The position numbers were made by a program, and so were the translations under genes. The notes beneath the pieces are model-generated. The model saw only the letters and a list, made by a program, of their open reading frames with translations. It searched no databases and had not been told where the DNA came from. Shown here piece by piece: positions 1 to 14,337 of a stretch of 64,000 bases of DNA (its first letter is position 1; every line of letters begins with the position of its first letter). Source of the stretch: Octopus sinensis (Eukaryota); NCBI RefSeq assembly GCF_006345805.1, contig NC_042998.1:38192001-38256000 (forward strand), read 5' to 3'.

Positions 1-283
1 ATTCTTGCCCAATGACGGACATAATGATAAAAATTGATAATGCCAGCATTTAACAAAAACCAGCAAAGAACACCGACAACGACAGCAGCAACAATAATAT
101 GTTAAAACAAATTGAGAAAGATGTAGGCAGAATATACCTAGCCTCCACGCAAGAAGGACATGGTCTGAAACAGAGAAGCAAATATACAGACAGACGAAGT
201 AACGTAAAAAAAAATCCCCTTATAGGATATTATTATTATTATTGTTATTCTTCTTAACTCAGGTTTTATTGGAACTCCTGGAG

Positions 284-329
<46 letters not shown>

Positions 330-332
<3 letters not shown>

Positions 333-550
333 TAGTTTTATTTTTATATTGTGCTTTCATTTCACTACCGAGCGCAGCTCTGTGTGCCTTGGGTATGTGC
401 TGTGATTTGTTTTGATGCTCTGATGGTTATTGTATGGAAAGTGTTCTGCGTAGGATGTGTGCAGTGCCTAGTAGTGCAATTTTCTGTATGTTATATGTGT
501 TTGTAAGTCCTGGTGTTTTTGTTATGTATTTGTCTGAATATTTTTTTATC
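330..550 (-). mobile_element. R4/Dong-clade non-LTR retrotransposon 3' end (5'-truncated)
   Basis: Minus strand 549-427 reads IKKYSDKYITKTPGLTNTYNIQKIALLGTAHILRRTLSIQ*, the typical R4/Dong C-terminus. A short UTR then runs into (TAA)n. Confidence 0.85.
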
Positions 551-601
551 ATTATTATATAATGATTATATTTTTATTATATTTTATCATTATTATATAA
601 T

Positions 602-632
<31 letters not shown>

Positions 633-866
633 ACTGTTCAACATTTGGTCGATTGAGGCAAGTTTCTACTGCATCACCTGCTACACCTCCGTGTTGCTGG
701 TGTGTGTGTGCAGCGTTGTGTGGTCTTTTCTGCTGTTGGGAGGGTGCGAACTCTTCCCACTACTGTACGTGGTAACTTCTTTTCCTTGAGGTGTGGTGGA
801 GTCTTTTGTTGTGTTACTGCTTATGTTGTGTATTGAGTGTATAACGCTTTGGTTTTTTGGCTTTAT
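633..866 (-). mobile_element. R4/Dong-like 3' UTR-only fragment
   Basis: 656-700 is nearly identical to 1032-1076, the 3' UTR of the neighbouring Dong-like copy. Flanked by ATT/ATC repeats. Confidence 0.7.
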
Positions 867-891
867 CATCATCATCATCATCATCATCATC

Positions 892-1520
<629 letters not shown>

Positions 1521-3137
1521 TAGAACTAATTCCATCCCCTACCAACACCCTACACCTGGTTTATTCCACCCACATCCTCTCTCCAAAATTATTGATCTTC
1601 TGAATCTATTTTTCATCAATCAAAATTATCCCATTTTCTTTCAATTCTCTTCACTCATACATCCTTTCTCTCTCTCCCCTGTCTTTTACATATCCTTCTC
1701 TTCTTTTCTGATTTCTTCCTCTCTCTCCCGTCTCTTTTTCTCCCGTCTCTTTTTCTCTCCGTTCCCTTTGTATACATATTTATCCTCCTAATTTAGTAGT
1801 CAAGCTTCTGCTCTAAACACCTACATTGAATATGTTTTCATCAACAACTTCATATTTTTCAAATGCTTTAAGTGAGGAAGGTTTACATAACGGATACATT
1901 TCCTTTTATGTATTAAGCAATCATGAAACGTACGTATTAAATTATTTCAAAAGTTACTATTTAGTTTGACTTCAAGTAAGTACGATGAAAGATTTGTATG
2001 TAGTATCTCCATTATTGTAACCAATCTCTCTAGAGTTCTGGGATTGCAGGAAGCATGGATTCTACCCCATAATTTTCATTATTCCCAGGTCCGTTCAGAC
2101 CTGATACCTTAGACAATATATTTATTTTCAAATCCAAAGTATTTCAATCGGCTGCATGTTTATTTTCTTTCTTTTTTTCTGTGTCCTCTTTTGAGTTTTG
2201 TTCATTCAGTTGGTTTTTAATCGCATTTGGCATTAATTTTCATGTTACAAGGATTGTCTTGGATAATTAGGTATCGTGAAGAAGAACTTTGGTATGCTCG
2301 ATTTCTTCAATATTCGCCAAGAGAATAAACATCGGTGAGTTATAATGAAAGCCGTTGGTTTTGGCCTCTCATCAATATGTCAAAGCAATGAAAATAACAT
2401 ATTATTCTATTAACCATTATGTATAAAATAGTCCACAAAATTCAATAAAGATAATAAGTAACCTGTGAATATTAGTTAAGCGCAGGGTTTGGATTTCGGA
2501 GAGAAACAGGGATCAGAAAAAGCATTTTCAGTAATAGGTAGCACATTTTCTTTATCAAAGAATTTCATTATAAATAGTTATATGCCCGATTAAGTATCGT
2601 GTGTAAGTATCTGGAATACTTATTAAGGTTGCGCCTAAAAGCGAGGCATTGCAAGTATCAATGGTCGTGAAGAAAATCACAAGTTATCGAAAACACAATG
2701 TCAAACAAAACTTGACGCAAAACAGATATATCACTTTCGAGCTTATCTTCTTGGATGAATTAAGATTCTTCTTCTCATAAATTATATAATTTAAGGATGA
2801 TTGCTTACAATCAAAATAAATTATATTTACGATATCCTAACATAATGTTGTGGGTGTGTTTCATCAGTTGGTTTTGAACTTCTCATTATCTGCAATAAAC
2901 GTTTCGGTGCACCATATCACAAGACCGGCATTTTACACAGTCGACGCATTATACACTGGCCAGGACAGCGATATGTATAGAAGCACTACGTACAATTTGA
3001 TTTCTATTTACCACTTTTGGAATATTCTTATAAATTTTACATCTTTTGACCATGCTGTTCGGCTTTAGAAAAATGTCGACGCCGCCGATTGAGGTTCTCC
3101 TTTTTAAGTAACCGTTAATCGCAAGACTGCTACTCTT

Positions 3138-3549
3138 TTGTTTTACTCTTTTATTTGTTTCAGTCATTTGACTGTGGCCATGCTGAAGCACCGCCTTTAA
3201 TCGAGCAAATCGACCCCGGGACTTATTCTTTTGTAAGCTCAGTACTTATTTTATCGGTCTCTTTTTGCCGAACCGCTAAGTAACGGGGACATAAACACAC
3301 CAGCATCGGTTGTCAAGCAATGCTAGGGGGACAAACACAAACATACACGCACACACACATATGCATAAATATACATATATACGACGGGCTTCTATCAGTT
3401 TCCGTCTACCAAATCCACTCACAAGGCTTTGGTCGGCCCGAGGCAATAATAGTAGAAGACACTTGCCCAAGGTGCCATGCAGTGGGACTGAACCCAGAAC
3501 CATGTGGTTGGTAAACAAGTTACTTACCACACAGCCACTCCTGCGCCTA
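3138..3549 (-). mobile_element. tRNA-derived SINE family A, full length
   Basis: Head TAGGCGCAGGAGTGGCTGTGTGG (A box) and GGTTCAGTCCC (B box); CCTTGGGCAAGTG motif; internal TA/CA tract; tail GCGGTGCT..CATGGCC..GACTGAAAC+(GAGTAAAA)n. More than 10 copies in the window. Confidence 0.92.
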
Positions 3550-4724
3550 CACTTACTATTGAAGATCATTTATGAATGTATACAGAATATGTTCCTTTTC
3601 TAAACATTTCTAGATTTTACTATTTTTATTTTTCTCATCAAAGTTTCATACACAAAATATATTTAAACTGTACCCCCAGTGCATAGATTGGCTGATATGC
3701 GATCTATAAGTGGAAGCATTGCATACGAGACTTGTAGATGTCTAATGAGTTTCATGGTTACAAAAACTTTGGCAATTCAATCCATTAAAAATAAACCATT
3801 TAATGGCAATCCTACGGGATGACTGTAGTTATTTAACTCCGTGAACGGGTACAAAAGGATGCAAACATTGAATATATTCACTTCGTAGCAATTGTTTAAA
3901 CGAGAAAAAACACAAACTCAGCCTTTAGGTAAAATATATTATTGGTTATAGATCTATATATATAGCAATTATCAAAGATCCATCATTTGTTATGTCAACT
4001 ATGCTTAACCATTGGATAGAATTGGTTGTTTATGTTGTGAAAGTAACCGTTTGCCTACAAGGTTTCTGTATCAATGCATTATGTATTGTTTAATTGTATA
4101 TATTTGTACATTAAGAACAACAGCCGTAGGCATAATCATACTGAAGGAACCAAAGTAGGGACGTCTAAAAAAGGTCATATCACGAGCGAGAAATCAATGT
4201 CAATTGTTTCAAAATATTAAGAGGGAAAGAAAGTCCTGTCACATTTCAAGACAAGAAAGAAACAAAAACTGCTTTGATATATTTTATCAAGATTATATGT
4301 ATCGCCATTATCGATGACATAATAAGCATCTATTCGACAAATCGTTGTTCCTTCAAGTGTAAAATGATGTAGGTTCTGAAGCAAAGAAACACTCAACATC
4401 GTTTTACACTTTTGTCGCAATAGATACGCCGTTTCCTCTCTAGATGTTGCAATCTTTTGCAAAGATGATGGTCAGCAAGATCAGCAAGATTCTAGCGAAA
4501 AAGCAAAACTTCCATGTTTATTGCCATAATCTTTCCCTCAGCGACTTGGGCACAATGTGGTCTTATATAAGAGTGTAAGAGAAACACTCACAAATAATGG
4601 GTTGTTTCCCTTTGCACAGAGCTTCCAGTTAATGACAATGCTTCTTTGCATTAGCTGTATTGTTTTGGTTTAACATTTCACGAAAGACAACACCCTTCAG
4701 AACCCATAATACACAGAGAATGAT

Positions 4725-4726
<2 letters not shown>

Positions 4727-4802
<76 letters not shown>
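4727..4802. repeat. (ATAG)n + (AG)n microsatellite
   Basis: Read directly. Confidence 0.95.
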
Positions 4803-5238
4803 TGGGGGAGAGAGGGAGAGTATACATTTTGCTTCAAAAAGTGTTATCGTCTGAAAAATACTTGAATACCTTTGCACTTCAGACATTAGAAATGGATTAA
4901 ATATAAGTCAATATTGTCTGTGTTGATCGCGTCTTCAAAAGAAATAGCCTAAAATGTTAGTAATTGATGCAGCAGCAACACTAACTTATATTTCTTTATT
5001 TTTGTGATTTTAACAATTTTTGTGAGAAAATGCGCACCTGTCGTTGAGACAGATATATACTATAAGAAATTAAGACAATAATATTTAGGAATTTTTTTTT
5101 GCTGTATGTTTTTTTATTATTATTATTATTTTGTATTGTCCGCACTATTGTTTTACTTTTCTCTGAGTTTATTTACAATTGAATTTCATACTTTAAATCT
5201 CATTTTTCTAGCCAGCTGTTGTTTGTAAGATACTGGTG

Positions 5239-5283
<45 letters not shown>

Positions 5284-5547
5284 TGATTCTAGTTTCAGCT
5301 CACGAGCTGTGGCCATGCTGGGGCACCGCCATATATATATATCGTTTTTAAAAATCATAAATCAGAAAGAAGCACAAGATGTGGAGCGGTATAAATTAAA
5401 AATGGGGAAGGACGGTTTATGGAATTACTTTAGGGTTCCTGCCCATAAAGGCTTTCGCTTCATGGCGTATCGTCAGATCCCAAAAACAGGTTGGCCCATG
5501 GCCTCTTAAATATATATTTATTCTTAAATATATATATATATATAACT

Positions 5548-6390
5548 TTGAGAAGTTTCGGCCAGTATAGGCCCAGTCGATGCCTAACTTAATAGCACCA
5601 CCTAGTGAATTCTTTAATCATACATGGGGCACCATGGCCCACTCTAGCAAAGAGTTATTATTGTTGGAGACAATATCCAGGTGTAGGTGGTTGGTCCGGG
5701 ATTTTTTGAAGTAACTTGTCCAGTGAACATTTGAATTTTATGGGATCCGTCTCCGTTTTGACGTATTTTGGTATGGTATTAAAGAGAGATGGACCGGTTA
5801 AAGTAAAGTAGTTGTGACGTAATATTGTTACGTGTCCTGAGTTGGATTTTTGTAGTGGACAGATAGCACGGGGGCCAAGTCTTGGATGGAAACAGCAAAT
5901 GAAAGAACATTTTGGAATTGAGTTTTATTTCCTCAATGGCCCAATTCTTCTCGGCCGCTCTGTATTTGTTAATGATGGTTATCATGCTTTTTTAGAGGTT
6001 GTATTTTTTTTATTCGAGTGATCCAATGGCAGTCAAATGGGTTCGTTATTGTAGCCAATATTTAAGTCGGTTGATTTTCTTGTTAATTCTTTTTATTTTT
6101 CTGATAATTGCTCTTCTATTTCTAGGGATTGTGCACTGATTTGTACACTGATCTTAACGGAGTATGTTTGGCGTACATATTTGTTACACTATCTACAAAT
6201 GTCTGCCATGATGTATTTATGTTGGTGGGGTGTGTGTGTGCACGTGAGAAGGCCCAATCAGCTTGTGAAAGATCATGATTGATCGCATCCCAGTCTTCGT
6301 TATGAAGATCCATAATGTCAAATGGATGAGCTGCAGAGATGTCATTGGACTGGATCTTTGGGTGGTAGAATCTCAGATAGCATATGAACA
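5548..6390 (-). mobile_element. CR1/L2-group LINE relic with the RT region deleted and the 3' end retained
   Basis: Minus strand: [19 protein letters not shown] (post-endonuclease) and AIEEIKLNSKMFF (pre-RT) join directly to FHPRLGPRAICP..GPSLFNTIPK..LDKLLQKIPDQPPTPGY..NNNSLLEWAM (C-terminus). Tail is ..GGGCCTATACTGGCCGAAAC, then (TA)n. Confidence 0.8.
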
Positions 6391-6392
6391 TT

Positions 6393-6395
<3 letters not shown>

Positions 6396-6450
<55 letters not shown>

Positions 6451-6516
6451 TATATGTATATATATATATATGTACATATATGTATATATATATATATGTA
6501 CATATATATACATATA

Positions 6517-6584
<68 letters not shown>

Positions 6585-6598
6585 TATATGTATGTGTG

Positions 6599-6635
<37 letters not shown>

Positions 6636-6695
6636 TGTGTGTGTGTGTATATATATGTATGTATGTATGTATGTACGTATATAGATGTATATACA
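6396..6695. repeat. (TA)n-rich compound microsatellite
   Basis: Read directly; source of the YIYIYI ORFs. Confidence 0.95.
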
Positions 6696-8396
6696 GACAG
6701 GTAGATACAGAGAAATGAAGAGAACTAGAAAGAGAGGAATGAATGAATGGTCTTCCGGTTCTTTGTCGGCAGGATTTTTTTTTCTGCTACCGGGAAATCT
6801 AGGGTACTGACATACTACTCTTATCATATAGTACATTATGATTATGTTAATCCTACCCCAATCATTTAATATATTTCTTCCGCTTGAGGAATTCTGAAAT
6901 GTTTGGAATTGGCTCAAAGGGAGTTTGAAGTATCAGTCTCATAGATAGTATCTCTGTGTACCACCTGAGCTTGTATGCCAAGAAATATTACGAAGCCTGC
7001 CCTTCACTTGATTAGGTAAGTCAGAGAGCAATGGGTTATAGTTCCGCTAACGTTATCTAAAAACCGTATATATATCTACATTGTTGTAGTCCGTAACTAT
7101 CTCTACCAACCACGTGGCTATTCCGCCGACCTTTGTTGAAGAATACAGCATGTAACTACGAAAGTATGAAAACATATTCTATTAACATATTACAGAAAAA
7201 CGTATTTCGGAATAGAGCGCGTAATCTATAATTGCAGTACCTGTATATAAAACTCTGTAATTCCGTATCCAATACTGTGTATGCTTCACTTGTGCTTTCG
7301 AAATGAAAGGAAGGAGACGGAAGTTTTGCCTTGGTTCGAGAAGTATTCCCTTACTTATGACGAAGGAAACGAAACTTGGGAAATTCCATTGTTCTACCAT
7401 TCATTAGATGAAAGGCGATATGCATATCAATAGAAAGTCATGCATGGTTGTGTTGTGAGCCTACTTCAAAGCGACGGAAACGTAGTTAAGCAGAGCTGTC
7501 TCTAATGACCGGCAATCGGTAGATTAGCTCTCACTGTGTATGATATGCTTTTGCAACCCTACAACTGGAAATAAACAGAAATACCTAATGCGGGGTAGGG
7601 ATAAAAATGCAGGTGAGCTATGGAGGTGGGGCAACCGATAGGGACTCTGTGGGATCAGCGTGAAGATATTACTAATATCGTAAGCAGCTATTCGAAAATG
7701 TTATTAATATATTATTTTCATACGATATATGATGTCATGACCAAAATATTATACGATAAAATCAGAAGAAAGTAGACAAAGTTGAAATATACAAAATGAT
7801 TAGATTGTACTCCCCAATAATATGACAAAAGTACTTGAGAAATTTTCATATCAAAACCAAAGAAAGAGGCAGATGGCACTCAGAAAGGAAAGTAAGGACA
7901 ATGTGGCAGAGACTAGATGACTACTAAATAAATGTTAACATGTGAATACAAAAATGGAAAGGCAATATCTATGACCAATCACAACAAATGTGCATATACT
8001 CCACTCAAACTATAATTTTATATTCATATCTCGGATTACTTGTAAAAGTGATCTTCATGTCTTCGGCGCTCAGGGCGATAAAAGTACTAACGTAACACAT
8101 AGCTTTATATGTGGTTGGGCTGAAAGTACATACCACAAGACCTAGAATAAAACAGCTAAGTAAGAAATTAGAATTAGATGACACTAATAGGTGCCATGAA
8201 ATATTGTGAGACGTTTCAGATACTGAACATTTAATAAATTATTTAGTAGATATATACAAATTTGAATATGCACAGATATCACGCATCACAAGATGTGGAT
8301 CAATGATATCTATATCTGCACACGTACATGGATACTCGTGTTTTGTGTGTGTTCGTAGGTTTGTGAAAAGACCCGATATTTCGACCTTTCAAGAAA

Positions 8397-8501
<105 letters not shown>

Positions 8502-9192
8502 CTATATATATACATACAAAATGGGACAAGAACACAAAACATCCAGACAGTTAGGTGACAAGAAAGGGGCAACAAGACATCCAGATAGAGGATACAAAGA
8601 AAACAAGGACGAGTCATTTGGAATTTCCTTTCCTCAGTCGAGTTCCAGATTATCTTTGCTATTTCGGCTGGCTATGCTGAAGATTGCTCCAATATGGACA
8701 GCCCCAAAGAAAAACTGTGGCTGGAAATTAGGAATAAACAATGTCGTCTGTAGAATTTTAAAGGCTTTTGTTAGTTTCCCAGTAGAATTTTAAGAAAACA
8801 TAATAGTTTAGAAGACAAAACAATTTTTGTATATGTTTCTATGTTATCCCTTATTCCTCGTCAAATGTTTTATTTTATAAACAAAGAAAAACACCATGGA
8901 TCCATTATTTTAAAATCACCACGTGACGGTATTAAATGGAAGCCATTGTCGGATTCTGTGTGGAAAAACCCGTAGTTAGTGTCCAATATTTTTGACAACA
9001 GAGAATGATTTGTTTTGGCCTGTGTTATTGATCAGACCTATGACCAAAACTGTTCCAGCCAAGAATATCAATCTTTTTTTCAAACATGAAATGCCTAGAA
9101 TTATTACATGATTTGCCACTGGTGCAAAATATCGTTGTTATATATATATATATATATATACTCACATACACACACATACCACACACACACAA

Positions 9193-9231
<39 letters not shown>

Positions 9232-9232
9232 G

Positions 9233-9325
9233 TGAAGGCGCATGGGTTAATGTTAGGGTTTTGCACTCACGATTGCGAGATCGTGCGTTCGAACCCTCAT
9301 ACGTCGTCTAATGACAGAAGAGTCC
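9233..9325 (+). mobile_element. Short tRNA-like SINE head fragment embedded in (TA)n
   Basis: GAAGGCGCATGGGTTAATGTTAGGG...GTTCGAACCC resembles the heads at 37602 and 55791. Confidence 0.55.
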
Positions 9326-9331
9326 ATTATA

Positions 9332-9405
<74 letters not shown>

Positions 9406-9425
9406 CATATGTATATATACATATG

Positions 9426-9497
<72 letters not shown>

Positions 9498-10224
9498 TCG
9501 TATATATATGTATATGTATATATATATAATTATCGTATATTCCATCTTCCGCTTTTCATTTACTATATATATAATGCATTCATTTAAATATGTTTGTGTG
9601 TGTGTGCGTACGATTTAGCGCGTTAACAGAAAATATGCATTGCATTTCTCTGAACCATCTCCACGCCAGAAATTTTCATCACACTTATTAAATCGCTCGA
9701 GTTTGTGTTGAATCATGATTTGGACTGTTTGGTATTTTTACTCCTACACCTCGTATTATCTATTATACATTCGACATGCATATCCTATATACTGTACTTG
9801 CTTCGATGTTTTCAATATATTTGTGTTTATATTGCTAATGCGATCTGCCAGTTGTTTGGCCCTGCGTGACGTTGAATATTTACTGCTTGACAAAAAACAT
9901 TATCAGGCAGTTTTATCGAGGATGTTTTTGCCGGAGTCATTTGTTCTATTTTCTCTTTCATTTTTGACTCTCTGTACTGTAGAACTCTAACCTTAGGTTC
10001 TTTTATTCCTTTCAGTTAGTTTTGCCCGAGTTTTATACTACTTTCAATCATTACTACTCGAATTTTAGCTTTTAATCGCTTTTATTTGTACAGGCTTTCC
10101 CTTGGTGGGGAATGTACTTTCTGGGAGTCTGAATTATTACCTGGGTAGATTTGGGGTGGGGGGCGTTTAGACACTGCTTAGTAAGAAATTACATTTCGAA
10201 GTCATTAATGGGTACTGGTTAGCC

Positions 10225-10740
10225 ACCCACAAGCCCATTGTACATTTAAGATACCATTCCGGTCAGAGTGGGACGTTCGCATGAACGCATTCAGACGCCT
10301 AAACAAGCTCAGCCTTGTTACTCCTTGCGGAACATACACATGTTTCTAACCATGCATCCAGAACCAATAATTTACCATCGTGATCCCGACAGATTCTACG
10401 TACCTGAAGATGAAGGCCTTTCAAAAATGACGCTGCCCACCGCGCCAATAAATCAGGCTGATTAAGAGATATAAATATACTTCTTAACCATCGGAAGCCG
10501 GCACTAATGTCCGCATATCAGAAATTCTTCTATTGCAGACTTCTGCCATATGTATTTAATGTGACCGAAGTCGTTAAGCAAACTTTCTGGCGTCCAATCC
10601 AACGACAAACTACCTGCAGTTTATAGACCCTATTCAGATATTAGATTCGTTGTTCGGAAAAAAAGTAACTGAGAGAGGCCACCTACTTTAATCTAATGGA
10701 AAGTTATGTAACTTCCTGGTGAGCTAATGCTTTTTAGGAG
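10225..10740 (+). mobile_element. Possible highly degenerate Gypsy-type RT relic
   Basis: FRRLNK, YSLRNIHMF and SKMTLPTAP loosely echo the DYRRLN, YPLPNI and KTAxxTPFG motifs in the right order. Frameshifted. Confidence 0.3.
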
Positions 10741-13700
10741 ATCCTCCTAGAATACTTTGTTTTGGCATTGCTTTGCAAGATCTCGTGTCATTTAAGAACC
10801 TCTTCATATTTGCTTGCATTTTTTTTTGATAAAGGGCTCGATGAGAACTTCTCGAAGTTCAGCCTTTCAGTTCCTGCTTTTGTGTGAATATTTAGTTTAG
10901 AGTGGGAGGTATCCACGTCGCCACCGCTATGACGTCACCGTTATATCTGTACTGTTACAATATCAAACCTTCCTGATGCTCTCTTATTACTCTCCAACTG
11001 TGTATCTTCCACAAGCACTCCACGGTATCTCTATTCAATAATTCCTAAGACCTGTACAATATGACTATGTTTCTTTTATTCGCCACACAGGGATAAATGC
11101 AGACATCGTAGTAAGAACGCCTGATTCATTCTATAAAGCTTATATTTTTAGCAGTCATTTTGTTGTTCGGTAAAGTCTTTCAAAATTTTGCTGCCTTATA
11201 TTTCCCATTACACTTTGTTTCCCATGTACTTTTTATTCTCGATTCTTTCTTCAATAAAGACATATTCAGATAAATGGTGTTATATGCTCGTATTCTGCTT
11301 GGGTTGTGTGTCGAGGATAATGCGAAGATTTGAAAATATCTTAAAGTGTCTTTTCTTCTTTACATTTCCTGAATATCTATCAATTTCTGAATATCTATAT
11401 TTTACTCCGTTATCAATTAATGCAATTTTCAACTAACATTTTCTTTTAAAATTTCTGACGAAGTTTTAATATAGATATATTTTCACAGCCTCTTCAAACC
11501 TGACTGAATCGTACATTAGTTATTTGTGTGCTTTGGATGTCGAAAAGAAAATAATATTGAGTCTGTTTGAGGTAGATGTTGGTTTCGATTCCCCTGTTTA
11601 TTTTAACAATTTTGATATTGAGAGACATTTGATTTTTTTCCTTCTGTATATTTTGTTTGTACTCTTAATTAAAAACTTCAACTCATTAACTTCATTGAAA
11701 GTGAATAAACACAGGATAAAGCAGTCACTCAAATATCATTTTAATTTGTTTAATAAATATTTATGGAAGCGGTTACTTCAGTATCCTTATGTAGTTTGTG
11801 CGTTTATTAAATCGTCTAAGTTCGCTTTGACTAAATTTATGTGCGTGGTGGCCCCAGATATTCGTCTGTTAATGTTTCCATCGATATAGAAATAGCTATT
11901 TTACACGGCGCATTTTATTCCTTGAATAAGGAATGCTTCTCAATTTGTTTAGATGGACAGAGAATTTTCATGCAGTTGTCCGACGTTCTGTAATCCATAT
12001 TGACATACAACTGAATTTTAAAGCCCGTCTGTCAAATGAGAGGATAACTGTACCATTATTCATTTTCACGGGTTAGGCTGTAATGGCCAAGTTTATTTTC
12101 TTGTGAAATTCGGTGTTTCAAAATAGGTTTCAAAAGAAATTTCAGAAAGTTTCTGAGTCTATGTGATTCAGAGGACAAATCCTGCACAACCGATGAAAAC
12201 CTAAGATAATCAGGGTGTGGTTTCTCAAGACACCGAAGGTGTTAATCACCAGGTATGCTTTATTGTTTTGCTCCTGTTTAATTTAAGGAATGCAACAGAT
12301 ATTTATTTACCTTTAAATTTTATTATGCTTTTTGCTCAAGATTTTTGTTGCTCATAAATGAATATGATAATTTTATTCATTACATATGACTTTTGGTAAT
12401 GTTTTATTTTTCATAAGTGGTATCATTCAGTAAATTTAATGCAGCGTTTTATAAAATTCAAAATCTATAACGACGACAGAATTACTCTTATTATACTCGT
12501 TAATAACTTTATTATCATTATTTTAAAGTTTATAGACGATGTTTCCGTGTTTTTAGCCGGTGTTGACTTGACTTTTTTGATATGGTAATTCACTACGCGG
12601 GAAGGTGACTACATAAACACGAAATATTAGACACACTTCAGATATTTTCTACAGAAATTTACATCATTGCACATGTTTCTTTGGAATTAATGTTTTGTGG
12701 AATACTTTTACGAGAATTTCTTTCACAAATTATTTTCGATAGTTCACATTTGTTATGTGTTCTGTATTCTGGCAGCTGGGCCTCAACGAGACCCTTTATG
12801 TTCTGACCCATTGTATGAGCATTGCTCTATTTGTTCTAAAATTTGCATTCGTGTTATTTCTCTTTTACTGCAACTGTTTCTATTCGGTGGTCTCAGTCCA
12901 TCATTATCTTTTGTTTCCTTGTGTAAATATTTTGGAATTTACGCCATTGTTTTTCTTTTCCATGACGTCAACATATTTATCTTTTTGGGATTTGTTTTAC
13001 TTTTTACTGGTTTCTCTTCTCTTTGAGAACGAGCTATCTATATTATATTAGTTTTAAACTTGTTTTTCTAATTATTAAACCGATTGTCACTTTTCCCATA
13101 TTTGGAATGGTATTATTTCATCATTTTCAAGTTCTTCCAAAGCAGCCCTTTCATTTTTTTTTTTTTTGTAATTCCCACTTCCAAATGCAAATCAATTGAT
13201 TTTGAATTTCTTCTCATTGGCTTTTACCGTGATCATCGTATTTTGATTTCTATGCTGAATTTAGAGCAATTCTTTCTTAGACATTGTTGTCCGAGTACAT
13301 TAAGCGTAAATTCAAAATAAAAATGTTGAAAACGGGACTAGAAATGTAGAATTGCAATTCTTTAATATATTCTGAAATGTAAATTTGTAAATTGTGACGT
13401 TTTAGTTCTAAACCTGGATTAGCGAGATATAATCAAATCGGCTTAGCATTGCATATTTGCATTATGGTTATCTTCTCTCATTTCTTCTTTTGTTCCAGCT
13501 TCCGCAACGATGCGGTTTCAGTTGATCTGAATAATTTAAATATTATGAAAATACCTCAATTATATTTGCATTACCCTTTCTACCTGTATGGAAGAGACAT
13601 TTTTTCTACGAGGCGCAATCAAAAATACCGCCATGGCAATGCAATAAAAGAGAGATCAAAGTGATTAATAACGATCTGAAAGGGGTCAAACTAACTTCTC

Positions 13701-14016
13701 AATCTTGACAAGAAATGTTGGTAAAATCAATTGCTATTCCATCGGAATCAATCAGAAAGAAGAAAGACGTTCCAAACAGCGGAATTCAGTCAAACTCAAT
13801 AAACTATTAAAAGTTGCGAAAACCATAATATCTGAAAAATCTTCTCGACACAAGATATTAGGGATTTCTCCTCCCTCTAGATAAGAGGCACAATTGTGAC
13901 CATACTAAAATTATCCAATCCACTCGTAGACGATTCGTTGCCGCAAAACATTGTTTTAATAATTTAATGAATTAACCTTCGTCAGTCAGCAAAAACAGGT
14001 CTCTAAATGCTCCTAT

Positions 14017-14337
14017 GGAAGCACTCCGTCGGTTACGACGACGAGGGTTCCGGTTGATCCGAATCAACGGAACAGCCTGCTCGTGAAATTAACGTGTAAG
14101 TGGCTGAGCACTCCACAGACACGTGTACCCTTAACGTAGTTCTCGGGGATATTCAGCGTGACACAGAGAGTGACAAAGCCGGCCCTTTGAAATACAGGTA
14201 CAACAGAAACAAGAAGTAAGAGCGAGAGAAAGTTGTGGTGAAAGAGTACAGCAGGGATCACCACCATACCTGCCGGAGCTTCGTGGAACTTTTAAGTGTT
14301 TTCGCTCAATAAACACTCACAACGCCCGGTCTGGGAA
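14017..14337 (-). mobile_element. SINE family C, 5'-truncated, with 12-bp TSD
   Basis: Body matches 55850-55980 and tail matches 19875-20100. TSD AAATGCTCCTAT at 14005-14016 and 14338-14349. Confidence 0.88.

Noticed and set aside
115-180. DVGRIYLASTQEGHGLKQ, resembling the R4 thumb motif RLY.PR..GGRGL
   Set aside because: Too short and degenerate to call.
2030-2400. Possible PLE GIY-YIG tail (WI..GLN) on the minus strand
   Set aside because: Requires several frameshifts and has no clear HHR.
3276-3603. Recurring ORFs such as RRASFSFRLPNPLTR and LLSVSVYQIHSQG
   Set aside because: Chance frames within SINE family A; the recurrence reflects SINE copy number.
5430-5482. Minus-strand CTGACGA...GAAA hammerhead-like words
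   Set aside because: No convincing stem I or stem II register.
6275-6917. Long [10 protein letters not shown] and MYVC ORFs here and near 9.2, 19, 35, 36.4, 54.6, 57.3 and 59.2 kb
   Set aside because: Stop-free dinucleotide and tetranucleotide repeats, not genes.
8518-8760. Microsatellite-adjacent repeat containing CTGAGGA and CTGAAGA
   Set aside because: Likely a repeat terminus, but I could not fold a hammerhead or assign a family.
12146-12252. AG...GTATGC-bounded exon-like segment
   Set aside because: Stops in all three frames; non-coding exon status cannot be supported from sequence alone.
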